In this document: piece after piece, positions 10,156-20,466 of the stretch
Numbering within the stretch: the first letter of the stretch is position 1
Layout: each line of letters opens with the position of its first letter
From: a virus
Taxonomy: Duplodnaviria > Caudoviricetes
Length of the DNA: 57,103 nt
IMG/VR virus record: IMGVR_UViG_3300005805_000105
Span: 1-57,103 of that record
Strand: one strand, 5' to 3'
Notes under the pieces: model-generated
What the model was told of the DNA's origin: nothing
What the model saw: the letters and a program-made list of their open reading frames with translations, nothing else
Databases searched by the model: none
Made by a program: the position numbers and the translations under genes

Positions 10156-10628
10156 GACTTTTTACCTCTCTCAAGTAATATATCTGCTTTTCTTCTTAAT
10201 TCGTATACCTTGCCATCTAGAGCCTGTATTCTAGACTCTGCGACAAGCCTCATCTGATCTATTTTAGCTGCATAACTGTTATCTTGTACAATCATTTGTC
10301 GCTTCACTTCATGTTTTGTATATTGACCAAATGAATTATTATTAGCAACAACTTGTTTTTCAAGCTGATCATTGCACCAATTTAGTGCAATCTTATTCTT
10401 ATTAATTTCATCTTGTATGTAGGATGCATAACTATACAGTAGATACGCTGCGTCAAAAGCTTCTTGCTGCGTGAACTTACGTAACTGTTCGCTGGACATA
10501 TTTGCTACTAATAAGTATTCTTCATGAAAAGAAGAAAATCTAGTATTAGTTAGGTTGATATAATCTTCTACTGTTGCAATGTGTTCTGCTAGCTTATCAG
10601 ATGCCTTTAATGCTTTGTCGCCACTCAT
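10152..10628 (-). CDS. Helical hypothetical protein (possibly UvsY-like mediator)
   Basis: Coiled-coil character and position near recA; function is inference. Confidence 0.4.
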   Translation of the reverse strand: MSGDKALKASDKLAEHIATVEDYINLTNTRFSSFHEEYLLVANMSSEQLRKFTQQEAFDAAYLLYSYASYIQDEINKNKIALNWCNDQLEKQVVANNNSFGQYTKHEVKRQMIVQDNSYAAKIDQMRLVAESRIQALDGKVYELRRKADILLERGKKS

Positions 10629-11019
10629 CTTCACTTTCTGAATATTTAAGGATTATGATTTCAATATCGTTGAGATTGCACCACTCTATTTTATCTTCAT
10701 CGCGGGCTTTTGACTTTAAAAAGTCTGCCTTGCTCTTATGAAAGAATGGATTGTAACTATAGTGTTGTTCGCCATGAACTTCAAATGCTTTGTTCAAATT
10801 TGGAATATAAAAGTCTAAATACAATACAGATTTTCTATTTAAAGCTGTGCTTCCGGGTAATTTAACTTCTTCCAGTATACGATAACTATGATATATTTCT
10901 TTTAACAGGTTTCTTGCTCGTAGATGATATTTAGATCTTTTTCTAGTATCATCATAGAATACGTCGTAGTCTGATAGATTCCAAACGTATTCTTTGCCAT
11001 TTATACCACGGACTTTCAA
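10597..11019 (-). CDS. PD-(D/E)XK (Vsr/DUF559-like) endonuclease
   Basis: LDFYIP..AFEVHGEQH..RDEDKIEWC. Confidence 0.7.
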   Translation of the reverse strand: MKVRGINGKEYVWNLSDYDVFYDDTRKRSKYHLRARNLLKEIYHSYRILEEVKLPGSTALNRKSVLYLDFYIPNLNKAFEVHGEQHYSYNPFFHKSKADFLKSKARDEDKIEWCNLNDIEIIILKYSESEDEWRQSIKGI

Positions 11020-12119
11020 TATAGTTCCTTTATCTTGTTATAAATAAATGTAGCAATGTTAGAATTGGCGTTTAGAAAGTCAGCAACGGCATTGATACCT
11101 TGAAACTTAAAGAACTTTTCTACTTCATCTGGAGACTTGCCAACCTTATTATCTTCTAGCATTTTACTGATAATTGGATTCTGTATGTCATCTACAGCGC
11201 ACTGAATAGTATACCACGCTCCAGCAGACTTGATAAGTCTAAATTCACATGCAATGTGGATAATTTCTTGTACTTCATCAATGCCAATGCCATATTTAAT
11301 CCAGCTTTCAGCAGTGCTATTTGGTCTACCACCAGCATTAGATGTTTTAATAGACCAGTTGGCAATTTGGCCAACGTGCGGCCCAGTATCTTTTGGCACT
11401 TGCCACTTGCCACGGTGCGTAATAACCATATTTGTACCAGCTTGATATTGCAACATGTTGCCACAATCTGCCATCTTTTGTGGAGCATATGGTGAGCCAC
11501 CGGTATTAGCAATATTATGTGTAATGCAAATCAGTATTGTTTTATTCTTCATAAGTGTACCGCTGATACGCTTAAAGAACATTGACAGGAGCCTTGGTAG
11601 AGCATTACGGACGCCTGTACGCACTTCTCCCTCTAATTCTTGCGACGGTACCATATTAGAAAGTGAATCAGCAATAATCAAGCAGCCGGGATCGTTGTTG
11701 ATATAGTACTCAATAATATTTAGAAAATCCTCTGCGGTTAGTACACGTTCATCCGTAGATTCTACAATAAGAATTTGATCAGCTTTTAGACCCTTAATGC
11801 CTTCAAAATTCTGCTTGGATAATCTACCTTCTGTGTTTACGTAGATTACTTTCTTGTTTTGGCTTTGACACTTAGAAGCAAAATGCAGGGCAGTTGTAGT
11901 TTTGCCAGATTTTGGATCTCCTGTCATTACCACTACAGAACCTTCTCTCAATCCTCCACCAAGAGCAATATCTAATGCTGGAGAAACACCGATAACATTG
12001 AGACTATTAATATTCTCCAGCACTTCAGTGCCGCTACGTACAACATCACCATATTTCGTAACAATTGAACTACTTACTATATCTTCTGCAAACTTGCTTG
12101 GCTTTTTTGTCTTGCTCAT
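11016..12119 (-). CDS. recA: RecA/UvsX recombinase
   Basis: LDIALGGGL, GDPKSGKTT, IIADSL, KSAGAWY. Confidence 0.9.
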   Translation of the reverse strand: MSKTKKPSKFAEDIVSSSIVTKYGDVVRSGTEVLENINSLNVIGVSPALDIALGGGLREGSVVVMTGDPKSGKTTTALHFASKCQSQNKKVIYVNTEGRLSKQNFEGIKGLKADQILIVESTDERVLTAEDFLNIIEYYINNDPGCLIIADSLSNMVPSQELEGEVRTGVRNALPRLLSMFFKRISGTLMKNKTILICITHNIANTGGSPYAPQKMADCGNMLQYQAGTNMVITHRGKWQVPKDTGPHVGQIANWSIKTSNAGGRPNSTAESWIKYGIGIDEVQEIIHIACEFRLIKSAGAWYTIQCAVDDIQNPIISKMLEDNKVGKSPDEVEKFFKFQGINAVADFLNANSNIATFIYNKIKELY

Positions 12120-12634
12120 AGATTCCTCAGTTGATTCAAAGAGTTCTTCTTAGTCGTATAAGATTGTGTTTTTCTAGTCTGTACAGATTCTGGCTCAATA
12201 GCTACGTCTAGGTTGACCTTGGGCTTCTCGCTGGCTTCCTGTATTTTCTTATGATACATGGCAACAACCTTTTCTGCAAGAGGGTTTATCTTGTAGCCGC
12301 GACCATTTTGCACACCAAGAACTAATAGCTTATCAAATTCTTTTGATTGAATAGCGGCAAGCACCGCCTCTTCGCTGTATTTCTTTTTCAATTGATGTGC
12401 TGCACCGTGCTGCTTTTTCCACAGCCAGTGTAGAGGATCACCCTTGGTCCAAAATTTATAAGAGGGTTTGCCTAAATTCAACTTCTCTGCTCTTCTCAAG
12501 ACAATATATTCAGCAACATAAGCTTCAAAAGTGCAATATTCACCAGTATGAATATGCTTGTATTTATGAGTCTCTGACCATTGCTTCTGATAATTCTGAC
12601 TAAATAGTTCCGGTTTTTGTGTTTTGTCTGTCAT
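12116..12634 (-). CDS. Hypothetical protein
   Basis: Intact ORF in a tightly coupled operon. Confidence 0.6.
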   Translation of the reverse strand: MTDKTQKPELFSQNYQKQWSETHKYKHIHTGEYCTFEAYVAEYIVLRRAEKLNLGKPSYKFWTKGDPLHWLWKKQHGAAHQLKKKYSEEAVLAAIQSKEFDKLLVLGVQNGRGYKINPLAEKVVAMYHKKIQEASEKPKVNLDVAIEPESVQTRKTQSYTTKKNSLNQLRNL

Positions 12635-13043
12635 TATATACCAAAGCCTCTTCAAAGCAATTTTCTAATGTGTCAACGTAACTACTGTCTTCTACCAACT
12701 CTGGAGTAAGCCACATTGTTTTGTGTACTTTATCTCCCTTAACAATTCCAATTGTATAGCAATCTCTACTAGTTCCACCCATCTGTCCCTTGACAGATCT
12801 AATAACATATACGGCATCAGCATTGCCAGCATAGGTTTTAATTAGATGTGACTTATATTGTAGGCCAATATTCTTGATTTTATTATCCTGAGTGGCAAAG
12901 TAGTTTTTAAAGTCTAGCCAATCTTGATATGTCTCAAGATATATATCGTCCTCGTTAGACGTTTGTACTACTATCCAGATACTCTTTGTGTTACCAGATT
13001 GAATGTAGTGCTTCTGCCAGTTTTCAAAACCAAATATCATCAT
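12600..13043 (-). CDS. Hypothetical protein
   Basis: Intact ORF, ATGA-coupled to neighbour. Confidence 0.6.
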   Translation of the reverse strand: MMIFGFENWQKHYIQSGNTKSIWIVVQTSNEDDIYLETYQDWLDFKNYFATQDNKIKNIGLQYKSHLIKTYAGNADAVYVIRSVKGQMGGTSRDCYTIGIVKGDKVHKTMWLTPELVEDSSYVDTLENCFEEALVYNDRQNTKTGTI

Positions 13044-13336
13044 GGCTTAATCTTTGTAATACAATTCTTATTTTTAACGGGCTTCTTACGAGTAGCGTCA
13101 GTCAATGTGGATGCGTTCTCTGTCATTATAGTAGCACCATTCTGTCTTACAAACTGATCGCCAGCTTTAAGAGCGTTGGTCGTTGAAGACTTTACAATGT
13201 TTGTTTTAATATACTTTTCAACTGAAGATATGGGCCTATCTAGATCCACAGCAATATCAGCAATAGGAGTATTCTTATAGTGCTGCTCAATATAAAAAGC
13301 TTCTACCTTGCCTATTGGTCCTCGTTTCTTAGCCAT
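13040..13336 (-). CDS. HTH-containing hypothetical protein
   Basis: IADIAVDLDRPISSVEKYI. Confidence 0.55.
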   Translation of the reverse strand: MAKKRGPIGKVEAFYIEQHYKNTPIADIAVDLDRPISSVEKYIKTNIVKSSTTNALKAGDQFVRQNGATIMTENASTLTDATRKKPVKNKNCITKIKP

Positions 13337-13670
13337 TAATAAAACTCCTTTGGGCGCGTGTCATATATAGTGCATTCTTACTCTTAAGATATAAATTATA
13401 GTAGTCAAATGTTTCTTGAGACACAGGCTTGAGTTGTAGATTTAATGTTGCTTCTCTATGACTATCCGTACCGTTTGGGTCATACAACATATTATTATAT
13501 GTAAGAACGAAGAACTTCTTTTGAACATCGCCGCTACCTAGATCTATACGATTAAACTTAGCAAACACCCTATCCTTGGGTCCAGCAACAGTTTCCCCAT
13601 CTCTATTATACAGTTCTTCTTGACTTTGGATCACTAAATCTTTTTTTGAGAATGATTCAACGTATTTCAT
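13329..13670 (-). CDS. Hypothetical protein
   Basis: Intact coupled ORF. Confidence 0.6.
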   Translation of the reverse strand: MKYVESFSKKDLVIQSQEELYNRDGETVAGPKDRVFAKFNRIDLGSGDVQKKFFVLTYNNMLYDPNGTDSHREATLNLQLKPVSQETFDYYNLYLKSKNALYMTRAQRSFING

Positions 13671-14020
13671 TTTTCACCTGTGATTATGTACTTCTCTCTT
13701 TGTTTCTCTGTCATTTTATTTATTTCTTTTTTACTGGCTTGGCCAGCAAAGGAAAAGGCAGAAGATTGCTCCTGCCCTTTCTCTTTCTGCTTTGCCTCTA
13801 GTTCTGTCCTTTTATAATGCCCTAGATTGTTCCAGTTTTTATCGGCTATTTGTCCAACAGTCTTTACATCTTTAACAAAATGTGCAACACCACCATAGAT
13901 TATTCTCTCTAGTGATTCCTCTGTACACTGAGGACACGTTGTTAAAGCGTCATCTTTAATAGACTGATAAACGTCACACATCTGGTATCCACAAGATGTG
14001 CAATTATAATCATATAACAT
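13667..14020 (-). CDS. FmdB-family zinc-ribbon protein
   Basis: YDYNCTSCG...LTTCPQC..LERII. Confidence 0.8.
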   Translation of the reverse strand: MLYDYNCTSCGYQMCDVYQSIKDDALTTCPQCTEESLERIIYGGVAHFVKDVKTVGQIADKNWNNLGHYKRTELEAKQKEKGQEQSSAFSFAGQASKKEINKMTEKQREKYIITGEK

Positions 14021-14715
14021 TAACTTTCCAGTGCCGACAAGACTGCTCCTATGATTCCGTTTCTCTGTATATCATTATAGCCCAATTCACAGATTCCGAC
14101 ACCGGGTATATTTTGTAACCTTTTTAAGCAAAAAGGTAGCCCATTATTGTCGAATAAATCTGTCTGTTTAGTATCTCCGTTGATTATTACTTTGGATTTT
14201 TCACCCATTCTCGTAATAAACATTTTAATCTGTTCCATAGTGCAATTCTGAGCTTCATCTAATATCATATATGCATTATGGAATGTAGCTCCACGCATAG
14301 TTTCAAGAGGCTCAAATTTAATCCTACGAGTATTATAATATAATCCGAATTTATCTCGCCCTAAGAAATACTTAAGATTTTCTTCCATTGGGGCTAGATA
14401 TGGTTTAATCTTCTCTGAAATTTCTCCCGGTAATGATCCTATATCTTTACCAGTGCAAACGAGTGGCCTTGTAACAATAATAGTCTCTATTTTATCTTTT
14501 AATAACCACGACGCTGCGAGTCCAGCGGCTATAAAAGATTTGCCAGTTCCAGATGGACCAGTACAAAAAGTAATTTCATTCTCAACAATAGATCGAATAT
14601 AATTTTTCTGGTTTTCTGTCTTAGCTTCTAAAACATTAAGTTTTTGTTCCTTTTTTGCTTTGCGATTTTTTTTATTGTTATTACTGCCGTTATTGTTATG
14701 TTCCGCTGCTGCCAA
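14020..14715 (-). CDS. phoH: PhoH-family ATPase
   Basis: GPSGTGKS, LPG..EK, MRGATF, LDEAQN, ITRMG, GD..QTDL; TTG start at 14715 inferred from GAGGAG inside dut. Confidence 0.9.
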   Translation of the reverse strand: MAAAEHNNNGSNNNKKNRKAKKEQKLNVLEAKTENQKNYIRSIVENEITFCTGPSGTGKSFIAAGLAASWLLKDKIETIIVTRPLVCTGKDIGSLPGEISEKIKPYLAPMEENLKYFLGRDKFGLYYNTRRIKFEPLETMRGATFHNAYMILDEAQNCTMEQIKMFITRMGEKSKVIINGDTKQTDLFDNNGLPFCLKRLQNIPGVGICELGYNDIQRNGIIGAVLSALES

Positions 14716-15121
14716 AGCCGTTGTCTCCTCGTTGCGAAGAGCCAAGCGTTTCTTGAACATTCATAGTGACGCGAGGCACTTCTTGGAATATAATCTGAGC
14801 GATTCTATCCCCACGATTTATATGTACTGGCTGATCGCCCGTGTTGTACAAACAAACCATGATTTCTCCTCTATAACCAGAGTCTATTACTCCAGCTAGT
14901 ACGTCTATCCCATGTTTTACAGAAAGTCCAGATCTTGGCCAGACTAATCCGGCAAAATGCTCTGGCATTTCTATGGCTATCCCCGTATTGACAGTTTTTC
15001 TTTGTTTTCCAAATATAACGGTGCTTATAGATGAATACAAGTCCCAACCGGCATCGTTTTCATTCGCTCTAGTTGGTGTCTGTGCTTTATCGTCCAACAA
15101 TTTAACATTGACAATATTCAT
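14696..15121 (-). CDS. dut: dUTPase
   Basis: AGWDL, PRSGL, GVIDSGYRGE, RIAQ, RGDNGFGSSG. Confidence 0.95.
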   Translation of the reverse strand: MNIVNVKLLDDKAQTPTRANENDAGWDLYSSISTVIFGKQRKTVNTGIAIEMPEHFAGLVWPRSGLSVKHGIDVLAGVIDSGYRGEIMVCLYNTGDQPVHINRGDRIAQIIFQEVPRVTMNVQETLGSSQRGDNGFGSSGT

Positions 15122-16194
15122 AAGATATCTCCAAAATCTGTGTCCTCTAAATCATTCTTACTAGCACCGATCTTATATGAAGTAATTTCGTGTTCTTGTG
15201 GTGCCACCTGAACAGACTCTGAATTCATCCATGGGTCTGTCCAGCCAGAAATAGGATTTTTACATCCCTTATCATATGGTAGCCCGATTGTCTTTCTTCT
15301 GCTCATGCAGAGCCAATCAATATACTCTGACATGACTCTTTCATTTAGACCAATAATAGAGCCATCTTTAAACAGGTATTCTGACCATGCTTTTTCTTCA
15401 GAAGCGGCAGATTCAAACATTTTGATGGCGTCTTCTTCGCACTCTTCTGCAATCTTTACAAATCCTTCTTCTGGTACAGTGCGTAAAATCTTGATAATTT
15501 CTTGCGTATTATACAGGTGCAACGCTTCGTCACGCTTGATAAGCTTGATAATATCTGCGTTGCCTATCATTTTTTTATTTTCCGCAAACGCAAACGCACA
15601 AATAAAAGATACGTAAAAACGCACAGCTTCTAATATATTTACACTAATTAGGGTCAAATATATCTGCTTTTTAATATCTTGCTTTTTGCCAGATGTGCCT
15701 ATTTCACGTAAAGCATTGTATTCTTTGATGGCTACATTCGCACGTTTTAATATTTCCTTATCTGTCAAGCAACTATCCAAAACCGCACTAGGATCGCTAT
15801 AAACGTTCTTAATAATATATGTATAACTGTAGCTATGAATTTGCTCAAAAAATTGCCAGACATTCATGCAAGCTTCTAGTTCAGGATTAGAAACATAGTG
15901 TGTTAACGTAGGTACACCACGGCAAATCACACTATCCATCATAGTCTGGTATTTGAGATTAGATGTAAAAATGAACTTCTCGTTTGGGGTCATAATAGAG
16001 TCATTCTTAAAATCATTACGATCTTTCTTTAACTCTATTTCTTCTGGACGCCAGAAAAATTCAAGCTGCTTCTTGTATAGATCAAAAAATACTGGATACT
16101 TAAACTTGTCATATCTTTGTAGAGAAAGATCTTCGCCAAGAAACAAGGGCTGCGATAAATAGTCTACATTTTTCTTATTAAGAATCGTTTGCAT
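15118..16194 (-). CDS. nrdB: Class Ia ribonucleotide reductase beta subunit
   Basis: FFWRPEE, EQIHSYSY, LEAVRFYVSF, RDEALH, QVAPQE. Confidence 0.95.
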   Translation of the reverse strand: MQTILNKKNVDYLSQPLFLGEDLSLQRYDKFKYPVFFDLYKKQLEFFWRPEEIELKKDRNDFKNDSIMTPNEKFIFTSNLKYQTMMDSVICRGVPTLTHYVSNPELEACMNVWQFFEQIHSYSYTYIIKNVYSDPSAVLDSCLTDKEILKRANVAIKEYNALREIGTSGKKQDIKKQIYLTLISVNILEAVRFYVSFICAFAFAENKKMIGNADIIKLIKRDEALHLYNTQEIIKILRTVPEEGFVKIAEECEEDAIKMFESAASEEKAWSEYLFKDGSIIGLNERVMSEYIDWLCMSRRKTIGLPYDKGCKNPISGWTDPWMNSESVQVAPQEHEITSYKIGASKNDLEDTDFGDIL

Positions 16195-16849
16195 GATTAT
16201 TTCCCTTTATTAAATTATCTTTGGCCCATAGTGGTTGTAAATTTGTATAATGAAAACATATTTTTTGTTGTTCAATATCAAATAAGTTAAAGCTATCACA
16301 AGGTATAATATGGTCAACGTGCCATTGACCATAATTTTCCCTTGTCATCCCTTCTGTGAATTTAGATTCTAAGTATATCCATAATTCTTCCACGCTACAT
16401 CCAAGCAAACTTATAGTATCAGCATGTTTACCAATTTGATTATTTTTATTTCTAGTCAATGCTGAATATAATCGACATCTTAAATTAGATATGAGTCTAT
16501 ATTTATCATTATTTTTATACCTATTTTGCTCATACTTTTTTCTACGTACTTTAAATTTTTCAGTATTTTCGTATTTTTGACATCTCAATCTATGTAGTTC
16601 CTTATGTCTTTCTGTGGATTTATAATTTTCTATTATTTTTTTACCATGTTCTGACTCTGCGTACTTTTTTCTTCTATTATAAGCCATTACTTTTTGTTTA
16701 TCAGTAGATGTTTCTAGTTTTCTACAAGTCTTACAGCATGTACGAAACCCGTCTTTACTTTTTGACAATTTACCAAAATTATCTAAAGTTTGCTCTAATT
16801 TACATTTACTACATGTTTTATATGCTACATGATCCACTTTCACACCCAC
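16178..16849 (-). CDS. Free-standing HNH endonuclease between nrdA and nrdB
   Basis: CSKC..CKTC, LGCS..L..YLE..F..GM..ENYG.WHVDHIIP..FHYTNLQPLW..NL.K; start uncertain (GTG 16849 after GGAG). Confidence 0.8.
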   Translation of the reverse strand: MGVKVDHVAYKTCSKCKLEQTLDNFGKLSKSKDGFRTCCKTCRKLETSTDKQKVMAYNRRKKYAESEHGKKIIENYKSTERHKELHRLRCQKYENTEKFKVRRKKYEQNRYKNNDKYRLISNLRCRLYSALTRNKNNQIGKHADTISLLGCSVEELWIYLESKFTEGMTRENYGQWHVDHIIPCDSFNLFDIEQQKICFHYTNLQPLWAKDNLIKGNNHANDS

Positions 16850-19049
16850 TATTATTTTCTCCGCGTTCTGAATCTCCATCTGGAGTATTACAGTAATAAA
16901 AATTCTTTACACCATATTTATACCCGTAAAGTTGATCTTTAATTAACGTACTCAGAGGAATATTTCCTTCCTGATAATGTGCGTAGTTATAGTATAAATT
17001 AACGCTTATACTCATGTCTACGAATTTCTGTAAGACTGCACAAATATTTAACACAGCCTTATTGTCCTTCATATCCCATGCTAATGTATAATAATGCTTT
17101 CTTGATGCATAATTAGGCACGATCTGTTTTAAGACTCCATTTTTGGCTTTTTTATATGATAGTAAGCTACGAACTGGTTCAATCCCGTTGGTGCTGTTTT
17201 GAATTACGCTGGATGATTCACATGGCATAATGGCAGTCAACGTAGAATGTCTTAGCCCGTACTGTTGTATTCTACTTCTTAGCTCTTCCCAATCCATAGT
17301 ATACTCTGGCTTCACCAGTTCGTCAACTGTTTTCTTGTACCAATCTATTGGTAGCAAACCCTTGGAATATTTTGTATCACCAAATTTAGTGCAAGCACCC
17401 TTAGTTGCAGCAATATTGCAAGATTCATTCAGTAGATGCCACTGGATTTTCTCCATAGTAGAATGAACCAGTTTCAGCGTTTCTGGATCATCATATGTAA
17501 GTTTATTCTTAGCTAGATATCCAGCGAGATTAGTAATGCCAACGCCAAGGGATCTACGATTCTTGGTAAAATTTTCTCCAGCTAATACTGGATAATCTTG
17601 ATAGTCTATTACTGCCTCTAACATACGCACCGCAATAGAACAGGCGTGTTTTATATCCTTATCGTCCTCTAGTTCTAGTAAATTAATTGCAGATAGAATA
17701 CAGATACCAATTTCACCCTCTGGATCATCAATAGCCTGTATAGGCTTTGTAGGATGAATAATTTCCTGACATAGATTAGACATATATACGGGAACGTCCC
17801 AAGAGCCGTGTTCATTAGCATTATCAATATTCATTACATATATACGGCCCGTTTCTAAACGCTCTTTAGCAAATACTTCAGCTAGCTTACGAGCGTTGAT
17901 CTTTTTCTTCATTTTAATACTACGAGAATTCTCATATTTCTCGTATAGACGATTAAACTTCTCGTTGTCTCCAAATGCTTCATACAGCCCCTCTGCTTCG
18001 TCTGGATTAAAAAGAGTAATGTCTTCGTTCTTAATCAGACGTTCGTAGAATAGCTTATTAAATTGGACAGAATAATCTAGCTTACGTACACGATTATCAT
18101 CTGTGCCAGCATTATTCTTGAGAACAATAATATCTTCTATCTCATAATGCCAGAATGGCACATGTACTGTGGCAGATCCACCACGAATGCCATTTTGGCT
18201 TGTAGCCTTAACTGTAGACTCAAAGATCTTCAGATATGGAATGATTCCGGTGTGAATAACTTCGCCGCCACGAATACTAGCATTGATAGGTCTAACCCTG
18301 CCTATATTTAGTCCTATGCCAGCCCTACGAGCGGTGTACTTGCCGACTGCATGTACGCTTGAGAATATAGACGCAAGATTATCTTCTACATCTACTAGAA
18401 CGCAACTAGCGAACTGTTTAATTTTTGTTCTAACGCCAGCCATAATCGGAGTTGGCAAGTTGATTTTAAAAGTAGAGAAGCACTCATATGCAGAGATTAC
18501 GTCTTTTACGTTATCAAACAGTGCTAGTGCGATACAGATATAGGCAAATTGTGGAGTTTCATAGATTTTGCCCGTCATTCTATTTTTCACTAGATATTTG
18601 TCAATCATTTGCTGTAGACCAGCATATGTAAATAAATAATCTCTATCGTGATCTATAGACTCTTCAATCTGTTTTATTTGTTCTTTATTCCACTTGGTCA
18701 ATAGGACTTCATCGTAAATACCATCTTCAATATTTTCTTTAATATGCTCATATAATGATGGCGGCGTATCATGTCTCTCCCACAAGTCCTTTCTCAAGGA
18801 CATATTTAATAGGCGAGATGCAACATACTGATAGTTAGGATGTGCGGTAGATGTCAAGTCATTTGCAGACTTAATAAGAATTTGATGAATGTCTTTAGTC
18901 GTGATGCCGTCATGTAACGACAAGTGAGCATTCATTTCTAATTCTGACAGAGAAACTCCAGATATATCTTTTATGGCCCATTCTACTACCTTGTGAATCT
19001 TTTCTACGTTGTACTCTTCAAAGTCTCCACTCCTCTTTTGGACCTGCAT
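16818..19049 (-). CDS. nrdA: Class Ia ribonucleotide reductase alpha subunit with ATP cone
   Basis: VQKRSG ATP cone, PTPIMAG, QFASC, SNLCQEI, NSTNGIEP, FYY, C-terminal CESGSC. Confidence 0.96.
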   Translation of the reverse strand: MQVQKRSGDFEEYNVEKIHKVVEWAIKDISGVSLSELEMNAHLSLHDGITTKDIHQILIKSANDLTSTAHPNYQYVASRLLNMSLRKDLWERHDTPPSLYEHIKENIEDGIYDEVLLTKWNKEQIKQIEESIDHDRDYLFTYAGLQQMIDKYLVKNRMTGKIYETPQFAYICIALALFDNVKDVISAYECFSTFKINLPTPIMAGVRTKIKQFASCVLVDVEDNLASIFSSVHAVGKYTARRAGIGLNIGRVRPINASIRGGEVIHTGIIPYLKIFESTVKATSQNGIRGGSATVHVPFWHYEIEDIIVLKNNAGTDDNRVRKLDYSVQFNKLFYERLIKNEDITLFNPDEAEGLYEAFGDNEKFNRLYEKYENSRSIKMKKKINARKLAEVFAKERLETGRIYVMNIDNANEHGSWDVPVYMSNLCQEIIHPTKPIQAIDDPEGEIGICILSAINLLELEDDKDIKHACSIAVRMLEAVIDYQDYPVLAGENFTKNRRSLGVGITNLAGYLAKNKLTYDDPETLKLVHSTMEKIQWHLLNESCNIAATKGACTKFGDTKYSKGLLPIDWYKKTVDELVKPEYTMDWEELRSRIQQYGLRHSTLTAIMPCESSSVIQNSTNGIEPVRSLLSYKKAKNGVLKQIVPNYASRKHYYTLAWDMKDNKAVLNICAVLQKFVDMSISVNLYYNYAHYQEGNIPLSTLIKDQLYGYKYGVKNFYYCNTPDGDSERGENNSGCESGSCSI

Positions 19050-19090
19050 AGATATATTTCTCCTGTCGTAATCACAAAGATGAATAAAAA

Positions 19091-19711
19091 TTATGTAAGT
19101 AATGCTCTGATTACTCTATCAACAGCCCACTTTATAATCGCGGGCAATATCAACCCTAGCACAAAAATAGAAATCACCGTGCCATACTGCAACTCTTTAT
19201 CATTCTTAACCTGTTCTTCTACAAAATAATAGCACTGATTTTTTAAAACAAATTTGTCGTATTTATCAACTGAGTCAAATACAACGCCATTGAGACTAGC
19301 TATTGTAGCCCAAGACTCTGCGTATTGCAAGCACTTCTTAGCTATTTTTCTTCTTGCCTGCCCACTAAACTTCTGTTCTATTTCCTTGTCTATATCTCCA
19401 AAATCTAATTCGCGTGGCATCGCACCAAATGCTTTGTTTTGCTCATAATCAAAATGCATGTCTGGAAAATTCTTGAGCTTAATGATTCCAGAATTTTGAC
19501 CAAAAGATATTCCTTCTACATAGATTTTAAGCTTGATTATTTTCTCAATTTGGGCGCTTGGGAGATTATCTTCAAATTTGAAGTAAGTACCAGCTTCACT
19601 TTGAGTTACTGTAATCTTGGCTGGAGATGAACAATGGATGAGTATATTATTTATTCTATATCCATTGGTGAATATTTCATCTATAATACCCTTAATTTTT
19701 TGTAGTTCCAT
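19091..19711 (-). CDS. Hypothetical protein with C-terminal TM
   Basis: Hydrophobic VISIFVLGLILPAII segment. Confidence 0.55.
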   Translation of the reverse strand: MELQKIKGIIDEIFTNGYRINNILIHCSSPAKITVTQSEAGTYFKFEDNLPSAQIEKIIKLKIYVEGISFGQNSGIIKLKNFPDMHFDYEQNKAFGAMPRELDFGDIDKEIEQKFSGQARRKIAKKCLQYAESWATIASLNGVVFDSVDKYDKFVLKNQCYYFVEEQVKNDKELQYGTVISIFVLGLILPAIIKWAVDRVIRALLT

Positions 19712-19712
19712 A

Positions 19713-20195
19713 TTATAGATCTTTCTGTATTAAGGCCCAAGCAAGTCCCATAAAGTTTTCATTAATAGCTTGTTTTTCTTGTTCAGATAGCGTATGATTT
19801 TCAGGACCAGTACTATCTTGAACTAGTGCAATAAGTTTAGATGCCAAATCTTTGTATTTACCCACAATAGAGTCTTTGAAGAAATTTTTACCAGCTAGAA
19901 CATACACATCGTTTACTTGCTGCAAATTGGTATCATATGAAACTACATTGGTGGCAAACTGATAATTAAAAATAGCCAGCTTAGCCTTATCTGTTGGATC
20001 AGTAATCATCTTAGCAATATCTTTGACTTTAGCTAATACTACGTCAGATGGTTTATCAATATTTAAGATAGAAACATTTGGCGGCTCTGGTTTTGGCTCT
20101 GGTTTAATTGGCTTATCAAGTAAGTCTAAAATGCCAGAACCAAATAGGCCATATAGAATTAATACAATAGCTAATACATTTCTAACTGTTTTCAT
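19713..20195 (-). CDS. Membrane-anchored/exported protein
   Basis: N-terminal hydrophobic helix followed by a PKPEP linker. Confidence 0.6.
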   Translation of the reverse strand: MKTVRNVLAIVLILYGLFGSGILDLLDKPIKPEPKPEPPNVSILNIDKPSDVVLAKVKDIAKMITDPTDKAKLAIFNYQFATNVVSYDTNLQQVNDVYVLAGKNFFKDSIVGKYKDLASKLIALVQDSTGPENHTLSEQEKQAINENFMGLAWALIQKDL

Positions 20196-20464
20196 AGTTG
20201 ACTTTCTTTGTCATTTAGCAAAGGGAAAACTTCATCTAGTTTTTTCACTGCATTGCTAAGACCGCGATCTTCACAATTTTCTCTTAACTGATACCACAAG
20301 TCAATAATGTGAAGAAATGCTTCATCATCATCTTGTTTTGGAGTATCTTTCTTTTTTCTTGTTAAGAGCATGTCTGTGAGTTTCCCAAAATCGACAAAAT
20401 TTAACAATAGAAGGCCAAATCCTAATAGGACTGCCACAATTTTGATTAACATATCCGGTTCCAT
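20192..20464 (-). CDS. Small single-TM protein
   Basis: IVAVLLGFGLLLL. Confidence 0.6.
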   Translation of the reverse strand: MEPDMLIKIVAVLLGFGLLLLNFVDFGKLTDMLLTRKKKDTPKQDDDEAFLHIIDLWYQLRENCEDRGLSNAVKKLDEVFPLLNDKESQL

Positions 20465-20466
20465 TT

